A stretch of DNA of 63,439 nucleotides, the filler included, from Collodictyon triciliatum (lineage: Eukaryota): NCBI GenBank assembly GCA_043381765.1. It is 6 parts of 6 records of this genome, joined end to end, with 100 filler letters (N's around TTAATTAATTAA, not from the genome) between each part and the next. Parts side by side here need not be neighbours in the genome. Positions count along the whole stretch, not along the records: positions 27,460 to 41,095 come from JBHJMP010001952.1; positions 41,196 to 54,816 come from JBHJMP010001953.1; 4 more parts are not named here. One strand, 5' to 3'. The notes under the pieces are model-generated. The model was not told the DNA's origin. It did no database searches and was given only the letters and a program-made list of their open reading frames with translations. This document shows, in pieces, positions 28,811 to 41,450 of this stretch. The translations under genes and the position numbers were made by a program. The first letter of the stretch is position 1. The number at the start of each line of letters is the position of its first letter.

Positions 28811-29474
28811 CATAAATGTACTCTAGCCATTAAAGACCCACAGGCCTTTCGCTCGCGATAATATATAGATAAATTTTTATTATTAAAACTATCTCACGCT
28901 CTCTGCTACTCCGTTTGTTTAACACAAGTGATATAAAAAAAAAGGATTTGCCTGCATTTTTTTTTTTTTTTGCCTTTTTACCTCTACCTTACTGCCATTT
29001 TTTTTTTGATTTTTTACATATCTTCGAAATGGTATTTACCGAACAAGGTTTCTTTTGATTCTTATGCTTTGGCGAAATTTTTGTCCCACCATCAAGCGAA
29101 GAAAAAATACAAGAAAAAAGAAAAGAAAAAACCGTAAAATAAAGCAAAGCTAAAAAAAAATAGTTATCGATATTCTGTCGTGGGGATTCACATATTCGCA
29201 AGAAGGAAAAAAAAAAGCAAGCTTCCTACGCGGATATTCAGCGTGTTACATATGGTAAGAAATTCAAACTTACGTCGGAATCTTTCCTTATCGAGCGAGA
29301 TTACATATGACAGAAAAGCGAAATAAAAAACGGGGTGTTGCGAGACGCTGAGTGAAACATTGCCAGCATCTAGTGTATCGACAAGAGTATTTTATTTGTG
29401 TAGTAGCATGTACCTCAATTCGAGCCAAATACCACAACTTAATCGGCTGCCTTTCGTCATCGTGAGAGGGTCTT

Positions 29475-30614
29475 TTATTGACCTTCTCCGTGTTCGTCTC
29501 CATTCTCACCGAGCTGGTCATGGAGTCCCTGGGTTAACCGAGAGTTGAAGCGGATGATATCGGAGTGGATGGCGATAAAGCGACGTGCGACATTAACGGG
29601 CTTCTTCAATACAATCCACTGGACGACTTCTGTGCATGGCGGGGTAGTGAAGGAGCCGTCGTAAGCGTAGAACTCGTCCAGAGAGACTTGGCTCAGCAGT
29701 GGAGACCATTCCAGTGGGGCATTTATCTCGACAGAGCCAACAGTCCTCGGAATCTGTGGAAGCCACAGCCACTGAGAGTGGATACACTGCAGGCGAAGCA
29801 AAAGGAGAAGGCCATACCAATAGCCCAGAAAATGAAAGACATAAATATACCTGGTAGACGAACTGGTCAAAGAAGACGTTGCGGTTCTCGCCAAAGTCGA
29901 GAAAGATGCCAACGACCAGGTAGCGGCCTTCCTCTGAAAGATGCACGGCGTGTAGCTCCATAGGATAGTGGCGACCATCAACCACATGCTCACTTGGTCT
30001 ATTGCACATTAAGAAGACGAAGAAAACATGAAGTAAGGGGACGTATGGACAGATGGGCATATGAGTAGAAGGAAAGAACACACACAGACTCACCCGTGGA
30101 AGTGGGCCTGGACAAAGTTGTAGCGCACACCCATGTAGAGGACGTAGTTCTCTGCGCCTGACGGGTTGTTGATGACATCAATCTGGAAAGCGTGTCCGTT
30201 GTTAATGACAGTGACAGGGCTGGCAAGCGGGACCCAGTTGACAACAAGCTTGTTGATCGAGATATTGGGGTCGCGGTTGACAGTGGCCGAGAATGTCAAA
30301 TCCAGCGGAGATTGCTTGCGTCCATCCTTGCAGGCTGAGTATTCGGGCCTGAGGTCGCCCCAGTGGGCAGCCGATGTGTCTCCAAAGTACGACCAGCCGT
30401 GAGTCTCGGACTTACGAAACTTGTGCCAGTGGGTTTCGGTTGGCAAGCCGACATGCGATTCACTACAGAAGGGGCTGCTTTCGAGGGCGCGACGGACAAG
30501 CGTGTTGTTGATGGCTGGGGCGTATGCAGAGGCGGCTGACAGGTCATTGGGGCGGCTTTGAGTGTGGCCTATGACAGCCAGGAAGAAGAGTGCTGCAAGG
30601 AGGGTGCGGTTCAT
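29475..30614 (-). CDS. Secreted alpha-carbonic anhydrase, paralog 1 (3 exons: 30614-30094, 29998-29851, 29753-29475)
   Basis: Signal peptide MNRTLLAALFFLAVIG. Motifs WSY..W...C..G..QSP, NNGHA, QAHFHGPSEH, ELHAVH and YDGSFTTPPCTEVVQWIV are present, including all three Zn-binding His. Confidence 0.93.
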
Positions 30615-30768
30615 TTGCTGTGGCCTTGTGTTTGTCATGAGTGAGTTTTTCTCGTGTGATTCGGTCGTCTCTGTGTCGAGAAATGGTTGTCCTGTAGCCC
30701 CATTGCTGATGCTTTTGATGGAGCGATTTTCGGGGTGAGCAAAATTGCTTTGGAAGAAAGTCTTGCGG

Positions 30769-30776
30769 TATTTATA
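30769..30776 (-). promoter_or_regulatory. Candidate TATA box (TATAAATA) upstream of CA paralog 1
   Basis: Lies about 155 nt upstream of the ATG. Paralog 2 has TATTTAAA at about 34307-34314. Confidence 0.4.
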
Positions 30777-32941
30777 GGCTTAGGTTCCTTCTATTCGTTT
30801 CCATGATGTGGCTGGGAATGGTCTTATCCAATCCGTCTTATTCAATCGACATCATGTTGAATGTGGAGCTTCGCATCTTTTGTGGGTCGATGGGTGATCA
30901 GTTGCGGCGGCATCTTTTCCAAAGAGCGGATTTGCCCGCGTGGTTGTAGTTGTCAGGTGCGTCATCGCAGAGCATGTAAAAGAATTCGTCATTCCAGATT
31001 TGAAATTATTTTGTAATTTGCCTTTATGGGACGTCATGCTTCATGACAATTTGGCTTGTCCGCTGTTCGGGTGCACAGTGTGTTTCTAACATGGAAATTC
31101 CGTTACTCGCGGGGCTGTTGTTGTGGTTTGTCCGGGTTGCTGGGTTGCTGGGCGCAAGGCGAGGGGAAGGGCTGGTGGAGATGGGGATTTCCTTTTGTCT
31201 GTCTCGTTGGAGAGGCCTGATTGGTGGGATGGTGTGGAGTGCTTTGCTTTGTTTGCGTTGAGTTGATTTAATCGAAATGGGTGTCCTCGGGATTTGTGGT
31301 GGTTGCGCAGATGCTAAAATATCACAGGATAATCTTCTTTATCTGGGACGAAAAAAAGAAAAAAGAGCGAGCATAAAGATAAAGGACGCGATGTGTATAA
31401 TTCAGCAATATGCTTTTATCTTTATTATCGCTTTTAGTAAAGCAGCTGAATAGTTAATATGAGAAAAGTAATGGAGGAAAATGTCAGATGCAGGAAAAAT
31501 AGACTCGGGAAATTCGAGAATTGGGCTTACGTGGGAGGGAGTTTTTTTTATAAATAAATAAAAACAATTATCAACAATAAAATGCTATTGTATAAATATC
31601 TCACCATATGTAGTTTCCCATTCCTGAGATGTTTCCCTTTATATAAGTCTATTATAACATAAGAGTATGATGTCAATTTGGTTCATACAGCCTCGAATTC
31701 CGCTGAATTTATCTGTCGATATTCATCCGAACTTAGCATACATGTGATGTTGCTACCTTTTCGGTCAGCGGTTTATGTTGTTGATGGTGGTGCTATGGTA
31801 AATTACGATGCAAATCATGATAATAATGTTGTGTTAGAATCTAATTATGTCGGCATCGAGTAATCCATAAAATATATCAGTCCTCGTCTTTAAATATCAG
31901 ATTATGTGCATAAGATTTTCTCCTTTATTCGAGTTAAAGAGATTATGTGCATAAGATGATAATGTCTGGTCTGATAGATAAACAACCAGAGGAGAATCGC
32001 GTTTATGTGTCATGGCTGACTAGTCACATAATCCTCAACTTACTTACCGCTTGAGTGCACTAAGGTTGCTGGTTGTCTGTGTAATAGCTATATGTGATAA
32101 TTTATAACATGATGGATAAGTACTTTCGTCGCCCAGCACAGCGGTATATAACATGTAGTGAGATCTCAAGAAAGTCGGGCTAGCCTCAACGACAAGAACC
32201 CTATCTGGACAATTACAGGGCCTTAATCCAAATTCACCTTTGGGTGTTTTGTTAGGTTATGGCTGTGCTTTGGGTTTAGGGAATAAAAAACGATATGTAA
32301 AACATCTGAGCTGTCTGTATTTGATTTCATTACATGCTCACAGACAATTCGGACATAAAAATATAGCACTTGAGGTAGTCTTTTTCCTTGTCATGTTTTT
32401 CTATTTTGACTCCTTCAAACTCCCTACAAGATATCTAGTGCCTCGAGCAGCATTCTACAAACTACAAGAGCTCTTTCGATCAGAAGCAAATTGGCCGGCC
32501 TGTGTTCTTCGGGTGTATGTGGATCCACCCTCTAGTTTTGCGACTGAGCGATCTTCTGCAACAAGCCTGAGGGCTTCCTTTAACCAGGAAAAAAAACACG
32601 GGGCCAAACTCCTCCTCCTTATTCCGCATGGCCCGTCCCTTAGTTTCTAGTTGCAAGAAGAAAGTTACATAAAGAGGATAACGCCATGTTTATCTCACGT
32701 TGTATGTTGCCTCAGTCGTTCTCTAGGCAACTGCACCTTCGGAGCCTGTTTGTTACATCAGAGCAGATACAAGCCCAGCATTTAAACACGCGTAGAATTC
32801 CAGATAGGGAAACGAGAAGCCTGCGATGCCCGTGCCAGACAAACTCGCAGGAAGTCTCTCCGGATGTGACAGTCCCCATATATGATTTATTCCTCTGTGG
32901 AAAGGAAAGGAAGCAGTGTGAAAAGTAGGTTGTGTATGAGC

Positions 32942-34079
32942 TTAGTTGTCGTTCTCGCCGAGCTGGTCGTAGATTTCCTGGGCCAGGCGGGAGTTGAAGT
33001 GGATGATATCGGAGTGGACGGCAATGAAGCGGCGAGCAGCGTTGACGGGCTTCTTAAGCACGATCCACTGGACAATCTCTGTGCAAGGTGGGGTGGTGAA
33101 GGAGCCGTCATAGGCGTAGAACTCGTCCAGAGAGACCTCACTCAGGAGGGGCGACCAGTCGAGCGGGGCGTTGATTTCGACGGAGCCGACAGTCTTGGGA
33201 ATCTATACAGCAGGGGCGAGATAAAGTTGCTTAGAATGCAGCTGCTGCTATTGTTACTATTTCTGACACGGGGCAGCCACAGAGCCGTTGGGATAGTGTT
33301 TGTGTGCCTGAATGCCAAACAAACCTGGTAGACGAACTGGTCGAAGAAGACGTTGCGGTTCTCTCCAAAGTCGATGAGGATGCCAACGACCAGATAGCGG
33401 CCAGACTCTGACAAATGGACGCAGTGGAGCTCCAAGGGCCAGTGGCGGCCTTCGACAAGGTGCTCGCTGGGACTGTTTCGGGCGGTTCCAGATTTAGACA
33501 TCATATTACAGGGGGCGTGACATGGAGGGAAGGAGGAGGCATATGGGAGAATGAGGGAGCAGGCACACCGACTCACCCGTGGAAGTGGGCCTGGACAAAG
33601 TTGTAGCGCACGCCCATGTAGAGGACGTAGTTGTCTGCGCCGGACGGGTTGTTGATGACATCAATCTGGAAGGCGTGGCCGTTGTTGGAGACGGTGACGG
33701 GGCTGGCAAGCGGGACCCAGTTGACCACAAGCTTGTTGATGGACACGTCGGCGTCGCGGTTGACGGTGGCCGGGAATGACAGGTCGACGGGAGACTGCTT
33801 GCGTCCGTCCTTGCAGGCCGAGTAATCGGGCTGGAGGTCGCCCCAGAAGGCAGCCGAGGTGGCGCCGATGTAGGACCAGGGCGAGCCGGCCTTGCGGGCT
33901 CCATGGGGGACGCCAAAGTGCGATTCGCTGCAGAAGGGGCTGCTTTCGAGGGCGTGGCGGACAAGCGTGTTGTTGATGGCCGGGGCGTATGCGGAGGCGG
34001 CTGACAGGTTGTTGGGGCGGCTTTGGGCGAGGCCGATGACGGCCGCGAGGAAGAGTGCTGCAAGGAGGGTGCGGTTCAT
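32942..34079 (-). CDS. Secreted alpha-carbonic anhydrase, paralog 2 (3 exons, same intron positions as paralog 1)
   Basis: Same motifs (QAHFHGPSEH, ELHCVH, YDGSFTTPPCTEIVQWIV). Coding sequence is highly similar to 29475-30614. Stop is TAA at 32942. Confidence 0.93.
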
Positions 34080-36904
34080 TCGCTGTGGTGGGCTGTCTGT
34101 TTGTCCCTGTGTTTGTATCTGCGCGTGGGTTAGTAGTGTCTCTGTGGGCTGTCTGGATTCCTCGCGTCTGGTGAGTTGCTGGGGCTTTTGTGTGCCGGAT
34201 GGACTTGGTTCGCAATGCTTCTGAGTGGCTGGATGATGTTGTGATGTAATTGATGAAATGAATACACGCAGGGGGAAGGAAGAAAATCCTGCTGCTGGGT
34301 GGGGTGTTTAAATACTCGTTCGGCCGTCATATGCAGCATTTATTTTTTCTGTACAAGAGGGCTCGTGTCCTTCATACAATTAACAAAATAGGTAATCATC
34401 CTATTTAGGCACGCGCACCAATTTTCCTGCTGGTCCAGTGATTCAGTGCAGAAACATGATGCGCGCTTTTGCTTGTTCGCCGCTTGTGCTTCGGGAATTC
34501 GAGCGCGTGCCTTTAATTCTTTAATGTATATATTCGATTTGATTGAGGCGCGCGCTTGGTAATTTTATGTTCGCTATTCAGTAACAGTCGCGCGCAGAGA
34601 ATCGCTATTGGCACTGAGTTTTTCGATGAAATAAGAGCTCAGGGTGATCATAAAGAGCAATAGTATTGAAATGAGTCTAACCACCTTTGAAAAATATGTT
34701 GTGTGATTCCACCTTTCATCCGTCGCGATTCCTTGGCAAGTCCCTATACCTTTGAAATCGCTGTGGTGTGGCGTGATGAAGGGAAGTGCTTGGGACGAAC
34801 TTTATCTGTTTCTTATCCAGCATGAATTTTGCTCTGCCGTTGATGCGCGGTGTTGGGAAATAAAAAAACCCAAGGAATTGCGTGATTAAATTGTTGATAT
34901 CGACTATGAGACTGGGTTTAGTGATAATAAGTGGTGGTTTGTGGAGTGAGACGGAAATCGAACCATCAGCCTAAAGGAAAACCTGTGCCTCCTCTGTTGC
35001 TTTTGCCTAGTGTACCTCGCTGCAAACAAAGTGTTGCCGAATTACACAGTTGAACAATTTTACTTCTTCGTGGCCTCTAATGTGTCTCTGGGTGTTTTCA
35101 TAGGCAGCCCCTATCAACAGCGCTTCTGCAATGGCTAGAAGGAGAACCTTTTCTTTCAACCAAAACGCTCACAGCGTCCTGACTTATGCCAACTTTCTAT
35201 ATGGAGCCTAGTTGTGTTCCTTGTTGTCCATTCATATGGTTGCTGAGGGTGAAGGAATGGGAGGTTCGTTGGTTTCTAGCATGGCCCACGATTTGTTTCC
35301 TGTCTTGTTTCTTGCCTAACTGCCTCTCGTTCATCTCAACCGTATTGTTTTTATCATAATAAGTGACATGGAATGTTTGATTTGGTTGGAATTCCTTGTA
35401 AGCCCAATGACAAGGCACTTTGAATGCACCTAGCACGAAGGAATGGGTAAGCCTGGACTCATCGTTGGCTTTTTCCTCACACTCAGACACACAGGCAGAC
35501 ATCCTTGTGGAGAGGATATGTGGGTTTTGGTCGATACCCTGACAACCCCAAATTGCAAAGTGTTCTACTCCAAGCATACAAGCAGATACCCTCCAAAGGA
35601 ATCCCTATGAAGCATAGTAGTGCATGTAGTTGCGAGGTGTCGTCATCGCTGGCAACCTCGGAGATATGTGGGGCAGGTCGAGCTTTTTAAGATATACTCA
35701 TTTGCTCATGTCGGTTTGTTCAGTCTGTCTGTCTGTCATATGGCCCCTTCTTCCTCTTCATTACAGGGTTGCGTCATGGTCTGGCAGGACAAAGTCGATG
35801 GGGCGTCTATCCCTTGTTATATCTATCATTCACGCTCAAAAGACACTTCAAACACAATACAAATCATTTGTTCTTCTTTTCTCCTTCTTCTCCTGGTGCA
35901 TTGCCCCCGCCGTTTATTCCTGTTCTATCACTTGTTTGCAGCATCTCCTTTCTTGTCTCTGTGTGTCTACCATTTATGATTTCTTGCATGTCCCAACGTC
36001 CTTTCAACAGAACAGGCGGAGTTTTTCGCTTCCTTTTGTTATTTTTTATTTTATTTTATTTTATTTTATTTTATTTTATTTTATTTTATTTTATTTTATT
36101 TTATTTTTATTTTTATTTTTATTTTTATTTTTTTTGACGACGTTTTCGTGAGGCGTATGCTTCCACACATGCTCGGCATTGGAGAGGGAAAGCAATAAAG
36201 AAAAAAAAAATGAATGAGGTGACGAGCCAGCAGTTAAGAAGGCGAGAGACAGTGGTTATGATCGGGATCTTGTTTGTGTCCACCGATCGGGTTATTCGTC
36301 TGTTGTTTTTTAAGGGTTGATTGTGACTATTATTATTCTTATTATTATTTTTCATTATGCTCCTGNNNNNNNNNNNNNNNNNNNNNNNNNNNNNNNNNNN
36401 NNNNNNNNNNNNNNNNNNNNNNNNNNNNNNNNNNNNNNNNNNNNNNNNNNNNNNNNNNNNNNNNNNNNNNNNNNNNNNNNNNNNNNNNNNNNNNNNNNNN
36501 NNNNNNNNNNNNNNNNNNNNNNNNNNNNNNNNNNNNNNNNNNNNNNNNNNNNNNNNNNNNNNNNNNNNNNNNNNNNNNNNNNNNNNNNNNNNNNNNNNNN
36601 NNNNNNNNNNNNNNNNNNNNNNNNNNNNNNNNNNNNNNNNNNNNNNNNNNNNNNNNNNNNNNNNNNNNNNNNNNNNNNNNNNNNNNNNNNNNNNNNNNNN
36701 NNNNNNNNNNNNNNNNNNNNNNNNNNNNNNNNNNNNNNNNNNNNNNNNNNNNNNNNNNNNNNNNNNNNNNNNNNNNNNNNNNNNNNNNNNNNNNNNNNNN
36801 NNNNNNNNNNNNNNNNNNNNNNNNNNNNNNCCAATTCGCTTGAATTGAAATGAAAACTAAATAATAAGTAAATAAAAAAATACCTAAGATGGCCTTTTAT
36901 GTAG

Positions 36905-39900
36905 GATATCAGTGCTATCGGATCAGCGATTTGCAATACATCCCCATCTGCTCCTTCCGAACCAAAACCCCTTCAGTCTCACAGACCACTCCCACCAACA
37001 AGTCGCTCACACCGCGGCACTTCTGAACCCAAGACACGGTATTTCTTTAATACACATCATAATGCTTATTTTTTGTATCTGCGTATATCTCTTATGATAT
37101 GCCTGGTAGCAAAATCTAGTAGTCTAGATATATTGTAAGTCTAAATGAACCTACGTTAGACCTAGTCGCTCAACCACTCCAACTTACCGGTCCTCATCTC
37201 CTCGAACACAACAGCCTCTTTTAATCAAGTCCTCTCTTTTGAGTCCAAATTCTAATCAAAATGAACTTTACCGTGGAATCCTACTCCAGAATGACTTTCA
37301 AAAAACAAGCGAACTTTTTTACCAACAAGTAAGATACAGAGATTCGCCAGTTACTTATGTAAACTACATTATATAAATTTTCTAATGACATTTTTTTCCT
37401 TTCATTTCTTTCCTTTATTGCAAGCTCGTATGAGTTGTCCATAGTTATTGAATCTTCTTAGATTTCTCAGGAACACATCTTCATTTTTATATGAATTGGT
37501 ATTTAACCTATCTAGTCTGAGTATGCCGATGATAAGACATATCCAATATCAGACCGAATAACAGACTTGGTCATTCAAATCAACCAATGGATAGAAACTA
37601 GAGACTTTGAATTATCGAAATGTTTACTGAAGACTATACATGTACAGTGAGTACAGTAAACTATGATGTGCTAAAACATTTATTATGGTACCGATAATCC
37701 AGTAAAAACACGCTCTTTTAGCAAGCTTTTTTTTTTTTCAAAATTGCCATTTAGATTAGATGAAAATGATGTCAGTACTCTTTCAGCTCTAAATCCTGAT
37801 TTCGTCACCTTGGCTCTTCGACTGATTTTCAGCGACTCTTTAGACGTAAACGGATTTCCACATGGATAAATAGGATTTTTTTAAAAAAAATGTATTGGAC
37901 TATCATGATAGTATATTAATTGTGTTTTGTGAAAGTTTTTCAAGTTAGGGTTGTGGTGGATTCTGAAATCTGTTGGCTTCGTTCTTAACATTCAATATGT
38001 TGAGTCATTCCAGGTTCATTTCCTTTATATTAATTTGATAAAGCATTCATCAAAACTATTGCATATCATTGATCGTAAATACAAGTTTATAATTCGATCA
38101 TTTTTCCCAAAAAAAAAAAAAAAAACAGTATGCGCAGAAAGAGTCCATATTGAGTAATATAGGAAAATATTTTTCGAAAAATATTTTTTATAATGTGAGT
38201 ACAGTGGCTAGAAATAAAACTCTCTTCGGATGAGGAGCCTTCCCTTCCTACCGAAATAGTACATATCCTCTCATTCACATGTCATTATGTTCTTATCAAT
38301 TTACGACATTTAACAAATATCAGCACAATCTGGCATTACTTTGCCAAGTACTCTCAAAAGATGACTACGCACCTTTGAATAGGATTTTATTTCAAATGAA
38401 GTACTTTTATCGATGTTGATATGGATGATACCAAAAAAATGTACATATTTCTTTCATAAATTTCTTCATCACATTACAGAATAGACAACCATTTGCAATA
38501 TGTATAAGGTACCAAGACAACAATATACTGCTGTACACAGGCCTTTTGTTGCATCGCATATCAGATTCTAAAGGGCTTCATAGCATCTATTCGTATCTGT
38601 GAGCGAACTATCTGCTGTTGTTTGTTTGTTTTTTCCTTTATTCGATTCAAAGTATCTGTTGTTGTTTTTTTAAAAGTGACAATTTACAATCTTTGGATTG
38701 AATAAGGGGAAATGATATTTTGTAATGATCATAAATTAGTGAATAAGTAAATAAGTCTAAAAAAACTTCTTTCAATTTCAAGTCATCTAATTCAAAGTGG
38801 CATACTCTAATGAAACAGATCTCATTGCATCAACAAAGTCTTTTCCCAAGCTGTAACTTATCACCCACATATTCTTCAAGTTTATTTTGAAGTCCTTATC
38901 CATTATAGTGAAATCATAAGGTTTGTTGAAAAATGGGCCTGTTTCAAAAAAAGAAATGAAACAACCCCTGATGTGGCTCATTGCATTGTTTTTTTTTCTT
39001 CTTCTTCTTTCAATAACTCATATTTCGTATGACAATGACTAAGCTCAGTTCCCCTTCTTTGCAGTCTTACAGGAATAGCATTTTTGTTTATGAATACCAA
39101 ACGGAGAGAGTTAGCGAAGCCATTTTTATTGCCTAGAGAGTGGGAGCTTTTACAGAATATAACGTGGATTGTTGATGTAAAAACTTTGGGCCATTTACTT
39201 AGCATTATGTTTGTTTAAATTTTTTATCATTACTTACTGTCTAACTTATCACTTAAGAAAATAAATTATGTGGCTTATCATTTTATGCTAAACAATTTTG
39301 TGTTCAAAAAAGGATTCCTATGAGAAAAAGTGACGCAAATTGGGCTCAAATATCCTTGAATGTATACTCGATGTTTTTAATTGAGATGAGCGCTATGCAA
39401 CGTGAAGTTCAAGAGATTCAATATGGAATGGTGTATTTTTTCTTGCATTTTACTTTGCTTTTCAACTGTAATGTCTTTTACAAACACATACCACTAGATA
39501 TAATTACATCTGTGATAATTTCTTATTTTCGGTCTTTAATTATTTATTGTTAATCAAAAATAGATTTATCAACAAATTATTTCCCTTCTGGAGAATATCA
39601 CAGACAATGCTGACATAGTCCTCTATATCTCTGATTTGATTTGCTGGCTTGTTGATTTAGAGGTTGCAAGGTACTTATGAAGCTGTTTTCTTTCTTTTTT
39701 AACTGCGCAGTTAGTTTGAATGAAGTATTACTTTAAATATTATTATAATTGCTATTAATTATTCCACAAAATGATAAACAAATTCTGTTTAACTTGAAAA
39801 TCATATATATCTGTTTCTGCGAAGATGCTTGAATTATTGATTTAATATATGTAATATCCTAGAGGAATGCCAGATACCACAACAGCACTAATTTATCTCA

Positions 39901-40946
39901 GAGAACATATTTTCAACATGCCTAATGACATCAGGGTTAACTTTGCCGTTGCATTCCTACGAATCGTGACTCACTACTTGATGTTTCGGTGCCCACGTAA
40001 CTTGCGCACGATTAAGAATCTGTCCAAAACCATGTTTAAGCTTGCCTACTCATCTTTCAAAACCAAAAGCAGTCCATATTATTCTATCGTCACCAAGAAA
40101 TCGATTGAGAAGTGCTTATATCACTGGATGCTATTAGGCCAGCCGTTTGATATTTCTATTTTTGCAAGTGCTGATTCCTTATCAAAATCTAAAGAACGTG
40201 AATCACCAAAATGCAATTTGGCGAACGATGAGATATTCGGTTGGTGGATTACAGTATATCTCGAAGCTGTGAAGAAATATGTGAGTACTGTACAAAATAT
40301 AACAAGCAAAAAAGAACACTATGACAGAGTAGTTGCCGGGATTCCATTGGTGGTTGATGACTTGACCAAAATTATATCGGCTGGGTATGTAATTTATGAA
40401 GGGGAAACCCCTTACACTCTGTATTATTCTTATTTTTCAATAGGAAATCGGTGTCTAAAAAAGAAAATATGTTTTCATGCTTTTGGTTACTTCTTTTTAC
40501 CATACGCTAAATTTAACAATCCCACATACTCCCCCCTTAAATATTGTTGAAGTATGCCCCAAATTGATTCTTCTGCTCTTCGTAACTGCTGTTGGGTACT
40601 GAGTAAAACAGCGCGCTCTTTTGGTGTGGAGAACACATCTACCAAATGGTTTCATATTTTTCTTTTGTATTTTCCTTTCCCAGACAATATCCCAGCACCA
40701 TTGATTTGACGTCGATGCAATTTCTTTTTTCCATGCAAGAATTTTTTTTTGTCAGTTTGTTTCGAGAAGGAGGGAATCGTATTAATCATTTTTGCTTCAT
40801 GCCAACAACAGGTATCTCAATGGCGCAACGCAATCTCCCCGCAAAGGAATCCACCCTATCGAACCGATGGTTATTTGCAATATATTTCATTACATATATG
40901 TCATGTGTAGGTCGCATCTGACTTTGTCCATGTGCCCTCGCTTTCG
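36905..40946 (+). CDS. Multi-exon protein of unknown family, mostly alpha-helical (ARM/HEAT-like?); partial at both ends
   Basis: About 14 exons join in frame with GT-AG sites (e.g. SEYADDKTYPISDRIT, LGLWWILKSVG, MPDTTTALIYLREHIF). No family motif was recognised. Confidence 0.65.
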
Positions 40947-40966
40947 TTAGTTTTTTTGTTCTGTGT

Positions 40967-41095
<129 letters not shown>

Positions 41096-41210
41096 NNNNN
41101 NNNNNNNNNNNNNNNNNNNNNNNNNNNNNNNNNNNNNNNTTAATTAATTAANNNNNNNNNNNNNNNNNNNNNNNNNNNNNNNNNNNNNNNNNNNNAAACA
41201 CAAAAAACCA

Positions 41211-41353
41211 AAAAAAACCCAAAAAAACCCATAAAAACCCATAAAAACCCATAAAAACCCATAAAAACCCATAAAAACCCATAAAAACCCATAAAAACCC
41301 ATAAAAACCCATAAAAACCCATAAAAACCCATAAAAACCCATAAAAACCCATA
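41211..41353 (+). repeat. (ATAAAAACCC)n 10-mer tandem array
   Basis: About 13 copies immediately upstream of TAF7. Confidence 0.93.
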
Positions 41354-41450
41354 AGGTAAAAGGGACGGCTTAGTCATATATATATATATTTATAAAGCTC
41401 ACACGCAGGTTGTTGATCTCTTCCCTTCTGTAGATCTCTTTACGACAGGG

